Assembly (NCBI GenBank): GCA_036505795.1
Contig: DASXSU010000031.1
Coordinates: 72,471-136,470 of the forward strand
DNA from: Nitrospirales bacterium
GTDB lineage: Bacteria > Nitrospirota > Nitrospiria > Nitrospirales > NS-4
Direction of reading: 5' to 3'
DNA: 64,000 bases
Both the position numbers and the translations under genes were made by a program. The notes under the pieces were generated by a model. That model was not told where the DNA came from. It made no database searches and saw only the letters and a list, made by a program, of their open reading frames with translations. This document shows, in pieces, positions 46,026-54,825 of the stretch; position 1 is the stretch's first letter, and the number at the start of each line of letters is the position of its first letter.

Positions 46026-47154
46026 CCTTGGATATTCCTCCCGTTGGCTGCTTGGCTACCGGCGCTTCCTCGTCCCATGGATCTTCTTCCTTTTGTGTTT
46101 CCCCCGTCAGCTTCTCCAACTTATCCAGCATCAGTCCGCCAAGGTAACTGACCAACCCGTCCCGGTCGGTCTTCATGGTTTGAATGAGTTTCACGTGCGG
46201 CAGCAGCACCGTGATGTCCTTGATCTTTGACATCGCCTCGGTGGCTGCCAGCCGGGTCGTACGATCTTCCACCGCCTCCACGAGAACTTCGATTGACCGC
46301 GCATCTCCAAACTCGCCCAACGCCTTAATGCAGCTTTCGCGGACTCCCCGGTCCCGGTCCGTCTTGGCCTTGTGCAACAACGGCTCAACCGCGCGGAGAT
46401 CCCCGATAATCCCGAGCGCCTGGGCCGCCGCTTCGCGAACGACCCAGAGGTCGTCCGTCAACGCTTCGAGCAGTTCTGTGACGGCGGGGCGGCCGAGCTC
46501 GATTAACCCCATCGAGACGCCGATGCGGGCTTCTTCCAATTCGACCGGATCCTCAATATCACGCAGGCGATCGAAGATGTCCGCAATCCGCTCCCGCAGA
46601 TCCGAAATGCGCTTGAGCGAACGGGAGGCGATGTCCAGAAGGTCGGGATAGGCCATGGCTGCAATCCAGGCATCGACGCTGCGGGGATCGGCCAGCTGCT
46701 CCAGTGCTTCCGCCGCCATCCGTCGCGCCGTCGCATCAGCGCTTCTCATCATCATCACAAGTGGCTCCATCGCCGACGGATCTTTCAGCCGTCCCAGCAC
46801 GTCCGCCGCAATGTCCCGTGTGGCCGCGTCCTCCAGGAGCTGGACCATTGCATGTAACGCCGGAGGATCGGCCACCTGCCCGATCGCTTCGGCCGCGGCC
46901 TCTCGGACATGGGGATCAACATCTTTTAAAAGGGGCACCAGCGAGACGCCTGCGGTGCGGTCCTTGATGCGCCCGAGCATCTTCGCGGTTTCGACACGTA
47001 ACACGGGATTCTCGGCCGAGAGTCCTTCGGCAATCAGGTGACTGACGGCCTCGGGCCCGCGTTTCAGAAGTTCGGCTGTGGCATTCATCCTCTTCCAGTC
47101 TTCCTCGTGAATGAGATCCTTCACGAGATCTTCTGTCTTATCCTTTTTTGCCAT
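46018..47154 (-). CDS. HEAT-repeat protein 3 of 5
   Basis: 378 aa. Units include TDDLWVVREAAAQALGIIGDLRAVEPLLHKA. It has an acidic C-terminal tail. Its 3' end overlaps the next gene by 8 nt. Confidence 0.8.
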   Translation of the reverse strand: MAKKDKTEDLVKDLIHEEDWKRMNATAELLKRGPEAVSHLIAEGLSAENPVLRVETAKMLGRIKDRTAGVSLVPLLKDVDPHVREAAAEAIGQVADPPALHAMVQLLEDAATRDIAADVLGRLKDPSAMEPLVMMMRSADATARRMAAEALEQLADPRSVDAWIAAMAYPDLLDIASRSLKRISDLRERIADIFDRLRDIEDPVELEEARIGVSMGLIELGRPAVTELLEALTDDLWVVREAAAQALGIIGDLRAVEPLLHKAKTDRDRGVRESCIKALGEFGDARSIEVLVEAVEDRTTRLAATEAMSKIKDITVLLPHVKLIQTMKTDRDGLVSYLGGLMLDKLEKLTGETQKEEDPWDEEAPVAKQPTGGISKDE

Positions 47155-47159
47155 GACCC

Positions 47160-48476
47160 CTACGATGACGTCTTCGCGTCCCCGGCCGCGTTCTCGCGGG
47201 TCTCTTGGCCGGCGGCCTCCTCAGGAGGCGTCCACCCCAATTGCGTCAGGATATCCAGGACACAGGCCCGGAGCCCGGCCTGCGCGTCGAGCCGGTTCGT
47301 CGCGAATGACATGATGTTCTGGTTGTGATCTTCTACGAACGAGGCTTCCGGATCGTTGAAGAAATCCACGAGCTGGTCCATGACCTGCGGCCCCAGCTCC
47401 ACCAAAGCACCGGCAGCCTTCTCCCGCAGCCGCGTATCTTTGAGCGCCTGCAGTAACGCGGGCAAGCTGCGGGTGTCATTGAAGTGCCCCAGAGCCTTGG
47501 CCGCCTCTTCACGCACAAACCACTCCTCGCTGACAATGCAGCCCGGTGTAGGCGTCCCTTTCTGGTAGATGCCGATCCCTTGGAGAATCTGGATCAACGG
47601 CTCAACCGCCCGGGTATCGCCGATCATGCCCAAGGCCATGATGGCCCGCACCTTCACCTGCCCGTCCTTCAACGCTTCGATGAGGGTGGGCACGGCGCTC
47701 GTATCGCCGATCATGCCGAGCGCGATCGCGGCGTCCTCGCGCACGGCGCGGTCTCTGTCCTTCAAACAGGCGATCAACCCGGAAACCGGCCGGGAATCGC
47801 GCAGCCAGGACCGACCGGTCGGATAGTCACTGGTGATGCCGCCGAGGGCCTGGACGGAATGAAGGCGAACCTGGAAATTCTCATCCTTGAGCCCGGCAAT
47901 CAATGGGTCCACGGTCTCTTCACCGATCTGCGTCAGGGCGATCGTGGCGCTTACCCTTACCAGCTTCGAGCTGTCCTTAAAGAGCGCGATCAGGCCTTTA
48001 ATAGCCTTGGCATCGCCGAGCCGACCCAATGCTTCCGCCGCCACCGTGCGCACGGCACCGTCACGGTCGCGAAGCGCGGCGATCAATCCGTCGACCGCGC
48101 GCCTGTCTCCGATTCGCCCGAGCGCCCTCGCGGCACATTCCCGCACCCGCCAGCGCTCATCACGAAGGCCGGCGATAAGCCGTTCAACCGCCAGCGGCCC
48201 GATGGCCACAAAATCTTCTACGGCGCCGTCCCGGCATTCTTTGATCAGGTCTCCGAGGAGCGGCACCAGAGCTTCGATGATCCGTGGCCCCGGGATTTTC
48301 GCGAGGGCGTGCGCCGCATACATCCGAACGGACCAATATTCGTCCGCCAGAGCTTCGATCAACGCATCGGTCGCCTTTGCATCCGGGTGCGCGACAAGGG
48401 CTTGCGCCGCCTCTTCGCGTGTCGCATCGTCCGGATCGGCCAACGCTTCCAATAGATCTGTCAGGGTCTGCGCCAT
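47160..48476 (-). CDS. HEAT-repeat protein 2 of 5
   Basis: 438 aa. Units include RDERWRVRECAARALGRIGDRRAVDGLIAAL. Its ATG directly abuts the upstream TAA stop. Confidence 0.8.
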   Translation of the reverse strand: MAQTLTDLLEALADPDDATREEAAQALVAHPDAKATDALIEALADEYWSVRMYAAHALAKIPGPRIIEALVPLLGDLIKECRDGAVEDFVAIGPLAVERLIAGLRDERWRVRECAARALGRIGDRRAVDGLIAALRDRDGAVRTVAAEALGRLGDAKAIKGLIALFKDSSKLVRVSATIALTQIGEETVDPLIAGLKDENFQVRLHSVQALGGITSDYPTGRSWLRDSRPVSGLIACLKDRDRAVREDAAIALGMIGDTSAVPTLIEALKDGQVKVRAIMALGMIGDTRAVEPLIQILQGIGIYQKGTPTPGCIVSEEWFVREEAAKALGHFNDTRSLPALLQALKDTRLREKAAGALVELGPQVMDQLVDFFNDPEASFVEDHNQNIMSFATNRLDAQAGLRACVLDILTQLGWTPPEEAAGQETRENAAGDAKTSS

Positions 48477-49586
48477 TTAGATACCTGCTTTCATGTTGGC
48501 TCGTGGCCGCCATCCGACACTCGTCAGGATGGCTCGCGCGTGGTACAGAATGTTCGAGTCGGTTTCACTTTTCATCTTGGCCAGCAGAGGGTCGGCCACG
48601 CGCAGTCCGAAACGACCCAGGGCGGCCGCGGCCGCGGAGCGAAGCCGGGTATCCTTGAGCGCGCCGATCATCGGCTCAATCGCGCGTTCATCCCCGATGT
48701 CCGCCAACGCCCCGATCGCCTGTTCCTGCACTTCCATCTCTTCCAGATATATTTCACCGGATTCATCGCCGCAACTCGGAACCTTCCGAGAATTGGCCGG
48801 CCGTCCCGCGCCGGTGACGATCTCGATCAGCGCCGGCACGGCGCCCTTATCTTTGAGTTTTCCCAACGCCTCGACCGCAAAGGGCCGGACATCCAGGTCT
48901 TGAAGCGCCCCGGTCAGGGCTTCCAGCGCCCGTGGATGGCCGATTCCGCCCAGCGCTTTTGCCGCGTCCTGCCGGACCGCCGCGTCGCGATCGTTCTGCA
49001 TCACCCGGCACAACGGTTCGATTGCTTCCTCGCCGCCCATCTTCCCCAACGCCTCGCAGGCGTGAAGCCGAAGCATCCATTGATCATGATTCAGCGCGGC
49101 CAATACCGATTCCAAGGCCGCCCGCCCCAAGCGCGCCAACGCCTCGGTCGTATCGACCCGGACCGCCTTCACGGGATCCATCAGCAACGGAATCAAGGGT
49201 CGCACCGCCCGCTCGTCCGCTATTGTTCCCAATGCCTTGGCAGCGTGCATACGCAAGATCCAATTCGTGCTGGTGAGGCACTTGACCAGCGGTTCGACGG
49301 TGGAAGCCTCGGCGAAGTCCTTGAGGATCGAGATGGCGGCCTCTTGCACATTTGCATTGGGATCTTCCAACGCCAGCGTCAAGGCCGCCAGGCCGGCTCG
49401 GCCGATTTTTCGCAGCGCCGTTGTCGCAGCCTCCCGCACCGCTCGGTCCTCATCATGAAGGACCTCGATCAGCGGCTGGACCGCGCGGGGGTCGGCGAAC
49501 TGGCCCAATAGGGTGGCCGCATCCTCGCGCAATGCCCAGTCCTCGTCCTTGAGGGCCGCGATTTCTTCAAGCACGCGATCGCTCAT
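48477..49586 (-). CDS. HEAT-repeat protein 1 of 5
   Basis: The ATG at 49586 begins MSDRVLEEIAALKDEDWALRED. The track ORF starts 33 nt further upstream. Units include HDEDRAVREAATTALRKIGRAGLAAL and NHDQWMLRLHACEALGKMGGEEAIEPL. Confidence 0.8.
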   Translation of the reverse strand: MSDRVLEEIAALKDEDWALREDAATLLGQFADPRAVQPLIEVLHDEDRAVREAATTALRKIGRAGLAALTLALEDPNANVQEAAISILKDFAEASTVEPLVKCLTSTNWILRMHAAKALGTIADERAVRPLIPLLMDPVKAVRVDTTEALARLGRAALESVLAALNHDQWMLRLHACEALGKMGGEEAIEPLCRVMQNDRDAAVRQDAAKALGGIGHPRALEALTGALQDLDVRPFAVEALGKLKDKGAVPALIEIVTGAGRPANSRKVPSCGDESGEIYLEEMEVQEQAIGALADIGDERAIEPMIGALKDTRLRSAAAAALGRFGLRVADPLLAKMKSETDSNILYHARAILTSVGWRPRANMKAGI

Positions 49587-49731
49587 GTGAGGCACCTCAA
49601 GAACGCAAAGGGGTGGCAAGCGGAGAATATGACCGCTCAGGTTAGCACACCGTTTTGCGCATGGTCAACGGGACTACAAAGCAGTGTTGTACAGCATCCG
49701 AAGCGGGGAATCCTGAGAAGAAGTCTGAGCT

Positions 49732-52374
49732 TTAGGGATGCGACTCGCGCCAGTTTTTCCCGATCCCGATATCCACCTTGAGAGGCACCAGGAGCTCGAT
49801 CACCCCCTCCATGGCCTCTGTGACTATCCGGCGCACCGCGTCCCGTTCTGCCTCCGGGAGTTCCAGGATCAGCTCGTCGTGCACTTGCAGCAGGATTCGG
49901 GCAGCCCGGCCTCCATCAGCCAACCGGCGGTGCACCGCCAGCATCGCCAGCTTGATGACGTCGGCGGCAGCACCCTGGATCGGCGAGTTCATGGCGACCC
50001 TCTCCCCGAAGCTGCGTTGCGTAGGATCGGCGCTCCGCAGCTCAGGAATGGGACGACGCCGCCCCAAGAGCGTCGTGCTGTAGCCGTTCGATTTGGCTTC
50101 GGCGACGGTGCGATCAATATATGCCTTGACGCCTTGAAACCGGGCAAAATAGGCCTCGATGTATCGCTTTGCTTCCTGATTGGAGATTCCAAGTTGGGAG
50201 GAGAGCCCGAATGGGCTGATCCCGTAGATGATGCCGAAGTTGACGGTCTTGGCCACGCGCCGCATATCCTTGGTGATCTGATCGGCCGGCAGACCAAAAA
50301 TCTCCATGGCGGTGGTCGCATGGACGTCGTCGCCCCGCTCATAGGCGCCGATGAGGACCGGATCACGTGAGAGATGCGTCAGGATCCGCAACTCGATCTG
50401 ATTATAGTCGGCCGATAGCAGGACCCAACCCGGAGGCGCTACGAACGCCGCGCGGATGCGGCCGCCCCATTCGCCTTTGATAGGAATGTTCTGAAGATTC
50501 GGCTCCGATGACGAGAGCCGGCCGGTGGCAGTGACGGTCTGATGCAGCGATGTGTGAAGCCGTCCGGTGTCGGGATTCACGAGCCGCGGAAGTGCGTCCA
50601 CATAGGTCGACTTTAATTTGCTCAGACTTCGATAATTGAGAATCTCCGCCGGCAGTTCATGCTGCACGGCCAGCTGAGTCAAGACATCCTCATCCGTCGA
50701 ATAGCCCGTCTTGGTCTTTTTGATCGGCGGAAGCTTGAGCTTTTCAAAGAGCACTTCACAGAGTTGCTTTGGGGAATTCACGTTGAACTCCACGCCGGCG
50801 ATCCGATAAATTCCCTGTAGGATTGACGCCAGCTGCTGGTCGAGTTCCTTCCCGACCTCCGCCAGCACATCTGTATCCAGCCGGAATCCGTTCGCCTCGA
50901 TTTCGGCCAGCACCGCCATTAACGGCAATTCCACCCGCTCGTACAGATCCGAAAGCCCCTGGGTGGCCAGTTTCGCGGCCAACACGGGCTGAAGCCGGGC
51001 GATTGCGGAGGCGGCGGAACCGGCCCGTAGAGCCGCTTGATCGGTCTCGCTCGCTTCGAAAAGATCTTCCTTGGGCTCACTCGCAGGAGCCACACTGCCC
51101 TCGAGCGATTCAGCAAAACACTCCTGCATGAGGATTTCGAGCGCCGGGCTGCGGCGGTTTGGATTGAGGAGATAGGCGGCCAGCATCGTGTCGAATGCGG
51201 CCCGTACCGGTACGATGCCGGCAGTCCTGAGAGCCAACCAGGCGGCTTTGTAATCATGGACATACAGCTTGACCCCAGGCGACTCAAGCGCCGGCTGTAA
51301 CGTTTTCAACTCGGTTCCGGCCGGCACATAGACCGGCGCTCCGTCCGGAAGGCATAAGCCGACACCCACCAATGTCGACCGAAGGAGGTCCCCCCCGCTC
51401 AATTCACAGCGCAGAGCCACCGCGCCGGCCGCAGTAATCGCCTCCAGAAAAGATGCGGCGGCTCGTTGATCGGCGATAACCGACACGGGAACCCTCGTCG
51501 TGGTCTCCGATCCGCAGTCCCCCTGCAGGGCCTTGAGCAGTCCCCAGAATTCCAGTTCTCGGAATAAGGCGGCAAGGTCGTCCGTCTTGGCCTGCCCCAA
51601 GCGGAACAGATCTCCATTGAACGAGACGGGACAATCGAGGACGAGGGTGGCGAGCTCTCGGCTCCGTAGGGCCTCCTGACCCTGGGTCTCGAGCAGGCCG
51701 CGAACTTTCGCGGCCTTCACCTCTGCCACGCGAGCCAGCAGATTTTCAATGGTTTGAAATTCCTCAATCAGCTTTCTGGCCGTCTTCTCGCCGATGCCCT
51801 TCACACCAGGGATGTTGTCAATGGAATCGCCCATGAGTCCCATGATCTCAATGACCCGGGCCGGTGGCACGCCGAACCGCTCCAGACAGTCCTCCTCGGT
51901 AAAGACCTTATCCTTCACCGGATCGTAAATCCGAATGGAAGGGGAGAGGAGTTGAAACATGTCCTTATCGGACGTGACGATCACGACATCCATATTGTTG
52001 GCCGCCGCTTGCATCGCCAGGGTACCGATGAGATCGTCCGCCTCATACCCTTCGCACTTGACCACCGGGATGGCATACCCGGCGACCGCCCGGTGAATAT
52101 AGGGAATTTGCTGTGACAGGGAATCCGGCATGGGGCGCCGCTGCGCCTTATAATCCTTGAACTGCTCATGCCGGTGCGTCGGCCCTTTTTCATCGAAGAC
52201 AACGGCGAGATAGTCCGGGCGCCGCTCGCGGACGATTTTCTGCAGCATGGTGGTAAACCCATAGACGGCGTGCGTGGGCAAACCGGTCGTGGTGGACAAC
52301 TGTGGCAGAGCAAAGAAGGCCCTGTAGATATAGCCGCTGCCGTCGATGAGATAGAGGGTCGGACGCTCCTGCAT
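49732..52374 (-). CDS. polA: DNA polymerase I
   Basis: The ATG at 52374 begins MQERPTLYLIDGSGYIYRAFFAL, the 5'-3' exonuclease domain. The polymerase motifs are ADYNQIELRILTHLS and LLQVHDELILE. The 139-codon 5' extension in the track is spurious. Confidence 0.95.
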   Translation of the reverse strand: MQERPTLYLIDGSGYIYRAFFALPQLSTTTGLPTHAVYGFTTMLQKIVRERRPDYLAVVFDEKGPTHRHEQFKDYKAQRRPMPDSLSQQIPYIHRAVAGYAIPVVKCEGYEADDLIGTLAMQAAANNMDVVIVTSDKDMFQLLSPSIRIYDPVKDKVFTEEDCLERFGVPPARVIEIMGLMGDSIDNIPGVKGIGEKTARKLIEEFQTIENLLARVAEVKAAKVRGLLETQGQEALRSRELATLVLDCPVSFNGDLFRLGQAKTDDLAALFRELEFWGLLKALQGDCGSETTTRVPVSVIADQRAAASFLEAITAAGAVALRCELSGGDLLRSTLVGVGLCLPDGAPVYVPAGTELKTLQPALESPGVKLYVHDYKAAWLALRTAGIVPVRAAFDTMLAAYLLNPNRRSPALEILMQECFAESLEGSVAPASEPKEDLFEASETDQAALRAGSAASAIARLQPVLAAKLATQGLSDLYERVELPLMAVLAEIEANGFRLDTDVLAEVGKELDQQLASILQGIYRIAGVEFNVNSPKQLCEVLFEKLKLPPIKKTKTGYSTDEDVLTQLAVQHELPAEILNYRSLSKLKSTYVDALPRLVNPDTGRLHTSLHQTVTATGRLSSSEPNLQNIPIKGEWGGRIRAAFVAPPGWVLLSADYNQIELRILTHLSRDPVLIGAYERGDDVHATTAMEIFGLPADQITKDMRRVAKTVNFGIIYGISPFGLSSQLGISNQEAKRYIEAYFARFQGVKAYIDRTVAEAKSNGYSTTLLGRRRPIPELRSADPTQRSFGERVAMNSPIQGAAADVIKLAMLAVHRRLADGGRAARILLQVHDELILELPEAERDAVRRIVTEAMEGVIELLVPLKVDIGIGKNWRESHP

Positions 52375-52495
52375 CGTGGCATCGTAACACCTGAATACCA
52401 TCACGACAAGGCGGCACGGCGATTTACTATTAGCGGTTTCGGCATGTATAATAAGTAGCGGTACGGATATCGAACACTCACTGCGGCGTCCAAGC

Positions 52496-52888
52496 ATGAC
52501 AACGAGAAGCCATGATGGCGAGACTGTTCGGCCGCGACTTCGGGCTGCGGTTTTTTCCCGCATTATCGCGTCGCTCTGTGCAGTTCTAAGTTTCACCTTG
52601 CTGATGGCCTGGGCGCCGGCCTGGGCTGAACTGACCCTTGCGTCCCCTGAGGTTGAAATCAAGAAACATTCAACCGGAAAAGAAGCGTTCGTCAGGCAGG
52701 GCGAAAAGGAGTGGTTCATCCATATTGATGTCGACCAAGACCGGACGATGATCCTGCGGACGGAGTCCGATAAAGGCCACGAAATCAACAATCAGGCTGA
52801 AATCATCGATCGACCGATGAGCAATTCAGAGGTCGATCGTTTAGTCGGTGATTTTGTAAGCGGCATCAAGTCGACCTTGAAGCCGTGA
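52496..52888 (+). CDS. Hypothetical secreted protein
   Basis: 130 aa with a signal-like segment IIASLCAVLSFTLLMAWAPAWA-E. I recognise no family. Its TGA stop overlaps the GTG of the next gene (GTGA). Confidence 0.5.
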   Translation: MTTRSHDGETVRPRLRAAVFSRIIASLCAVLSFTLLMAWAPAWAELTLASPEVEIKKHSTGKEAFVRQGEKEWFIHIDVDQDRTMILRTESDKGHEINNQAEIIDRPMSNSEVDRLVGDFVSGIKSTLKP

Positions 52889-53319
52889 GCGCGACCCCGC
52901 CCGGCAAGAAACCCCGCTTCGTGATCTTCCTACATGGGGGCACATATGACAAACTGCATCAGGCGGCGACAATCGGTTTGACGGCAGCCGCAATGGGCAA
53001 GGAGGTCTACGTCTTTCTGATGTTCTGGGCGATTAAAAAGCTTGCGATGGGGGAGTTGGACCGGATTGATTTCTCACCGGCTTATGAAGCCCATGCGGAG
53101 GAAGTCGCTCGGATAATGACGGAAAAAAAGGCACCCAAGATTTCGGAGATGTTTGAAGAGGCCAAGGAGGTCGGAAGTTTCAAGCTCATCGCCTGCAGCG
53201 CGGGCCTCGAGTACATGAGCGTAAAATACGAAGATTTTGCTTCCAAGGTGGACGATGTGCTGGGTTTGCCGCTCATTCTGAATCTCGCCGCCGACGCCGA
53301 GACCACCCTGTTCATCTGA
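52885..53319 (+). CDS. DsrE/DsrF-like (DrsE-type) sulfur-relay family protein
   Basis: 144 aa. It has RFVIFLHGGTYDKLHQAATIGLTAAAMGKEVYVFLMFWA, a conserved Cys context (KLIACSAGL), and a C-terminal TTLFI. It is a paralog of the 57662-58201 gene. Confidence 0.6.
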   Translation: MSATPPGKKPRFVIFLHGGTYDKLHQAATIGLTAAAMGKEVYVFLMFWAIKKLAMGELDRIDFSPAYEAHAEEVARIMTEKKAPKISEMFEEAKEVGSFKLIACSAGLEYMSVKYEDFASKVDDVLGLPLILNLAADAETTLFI

Positions 53320-53340
53320 CGACCACGTCCGGAAACTTCT

Positions 53341-53997
53341 TTATCGTGAACTGGTGACGCCCACCCGGCTGCAATAGCGCCTCAGTTTGCATTCGCTGCA
53401 CCGCGGCGAAATCGGCGTGCAGATATTCTGGCCGAACGGTACCAGCAGATCGTTGTAAATGATCCAATATTCCTTGGGCAGTTTGGCGCGAAGGGCCTCC
53501 TCGCTTTCGGCGGGGCTCCGCGTCCGGATGTAGCCCCATCGATTGCTGATCCGATGGACGTGGATGTCCACACAAATCCCAGGCTTCCCAAAGCCCAGGG
53601 TGACCACGAGATTCGCCGTCTTGCGTCCCACACCTTTGAAGGTCAGCAGTTCCGCAATGTCGTCCGGGACCCGGCCGCGGTAGCTCTCCAACAGATCATG
53701 ACAGATCTGCAGGATCTGACGGGCCTTGGTCCGGTAAAAACCGACCGGATAGATAGCGCGCTCGATCTGCCGCGCCGAGAGCCTCGACATCGCTCTCGGA
53801 GTCTTCGACAGTCGGAACAGACGCTCCGATGCCTCTGCGGTCGTCTGATCCCTTGTCCGCAAGCTCAGGATCGTGGCGATCAAAATCTGAAAAGGGTCGC
53901 TTGAGGCTTTGGCGACGATGCCCACCACCGGTTCCGTCCAGCGACGCACCTCCTGCTTAAGAATGCGCATGCAGGCATGGATGTCACGATCCTTCAT
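53341..53997 (-). CDS. nth: Endonuclease III
   Basis: 218 aa. The HhH-GPD motif is LLTFKGVGRKTANLVV. The C-terminal Fe-S cluster loop is CTPISPRCSECKLRRYC. Confidence 0.9.
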   Translation of the reverse strand: MKDRDIHACMRILKQEVRRWTEPVVGIVAKASSDPFQILIATILSLRTRDQTTAEASERLFRLSKTPRAMSRLSARQIERAIYPVGFYRTKARQILQICHDLLESYRGRVPDDIAELLTFKGVGRKTANLVVTLGFGKPGICVDIHVHRISNRWGYIRTRSPAESEEALRAKLPKEYWIIYNDLLVPFGQNICTPISPRCSECKLRRYCSRVGVTSSR

Positions 53998-54163
53998 CGC
54001 ATTCCCCGTACAAGTCCTTTTGGAATTACAATGCTATCGAGATTTTATCTCAGGGGCTATAGGCTGAAAAGACTTCAGGGGTGATCGCGACGAAGCGAGA
54101 GGAGTCCTCGCAGGCTGAAAATTGAAAGGTGAGAGGAGGGCAAAAACCGGAGGAGGAAAGAAA

Positions 54164-54358
54164 TCAGCCCGTACGGTGCTTGGCCAGCCATTTCTGGCGT
54201 CGGCGTTGAGCTTCTCGCTCCTTGTTTTTCTTCTTTAGACTCGGCTTCTCGTAGAATCTGCGGCGCTTGAGCTCTCGGAAGAGGCCCTCCCCTGCCAGTT
54301 TTTTCTTGGCGATCTTCAGCGCCTTTTCTACATTGTTGTTGAAAACCTTGATTTCCAT
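54164..54358 (-). CDS. rpsU: 30S ribosomal protein S21
   Basis: The internal ATG at 54358 gives MEIKVFNNNVEKALKIAKKKLAGEGLFRELKRRRFYEKPSLKKKNKEREAQRRRQK (64 aa). Confidence 0.9.
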   Translation of the reverse strand: MEIKVFNNNVEKALKIAKKKLAGEGLFRELKRRRFYEKPSLKKKNKEREAQRRRQKWLAKHRTG

Positions 54359-54467
54359 TAAGTGCTCCGGTCTCGGTGAAAGGTGACAGCCCGAAACTGT
54401 AGCACAGATGGAAGTGGCAGGCAAGATTCGGCCTATGAACGAATCGACCGTCTACGACCCTGGACGC

Positions 54468-54806
54468 TTACCCTCGGGCGGAGGCTAACACGTCCGAACA
54501 GCCCTTGATGGAACAACGGATTGCGCCGTTCAGCGGCGCCGTCGGGTGGTCGACGTTATCCGTCGGGTGATACCGATGGTACCAGGCGCATTCAAGTTCA
54601 TGCGCACCTGCGGCTCGCCCTGTGTATTCAAACCAAAAGTAGCGGTACTTGCCCTCGCCTGCCGCCCGGTGTAGATCCTGTGCGAGGTTCTCATCAGCGC
54701 GGCCTACCCGGTCCGCCATCCTTCCGTTTCGGGAAAGGATAAAGGCGCCGGGCGACACCTCTGTGACAAAGAGGTGGATGTACTTCAGGTTATATGGCCC
54801 TGACAT
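54468..54806 (-). CDS. Small hypothetical protein with a possible GIY-YIG-like core
   Basis: 112 aa. The segment PGAFILSRNGRMADRVGRADENLAQDL...YFWFEY...ELECAWYHRY loosely follows the GIY-YIG layout. This is a weak call by eye. Confidence 0.35.
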   Translation of the reverse strand: MSGPYNLKYIHLFVTEVSPGAFILSRNGRMADRVGRADENLAQDLHRAAGEGKYRYFWFEYTGRAAGAHELECAWYHRYHPTDNVDHPTAPLNGAIRCSIKGCSDVLASARG

Positions 54807-54825
54807 AGTACCTCCTTCTAGGTTG

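Noticed and set aside
45432-47041. Plus-strand ORFs 45432-46151, 45505-46230, 46184-46651 and 46655-47041, overlapping HEAT genes 3 and 4.
   Set aside because: The cause is the same: stop-poor antisense frames of GC-rich repetitive coding sequence. They have no RBS or recognisable domains and they overlap each other.
47484-49511. Two long plus-strand ORFs of identical length (323 aa each, 47484-48455 and 48540-49511), plus others (47887-48480, 47569-47826), running antisense to the HEAT-repeat genes.
   Set aside because: They are mirror-frame artefacts. The sense frames give clean, periodic HEAT repeats with good starts and RBSs. The antisense translations are Arg/Gly/Pro/Gln-rich low-complexity strings, such as DQRLNRPGIADHAQ-type echoes of the repeat. 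The equal length appears coincidental, since the ORFs start at different positions relative to their host genes.
52375-52791. A 139-codon 5' extension of polA in the ORF track (1019 aa versus 880 aa).
   Set aside because: The extension has no similarity to Pol I. The canonical 5'-3' exonuclease N-terminus (MQERPTLYLIDGSGYIYRAFFAL) begins at the ATG at 52374. The extension also runs into the divergent promoter region. Similar spurious extensions were trimmed for infB, rpsO, rpsU, tusA, nrdJ, ugd, lemA and the 16677 hydrolase.
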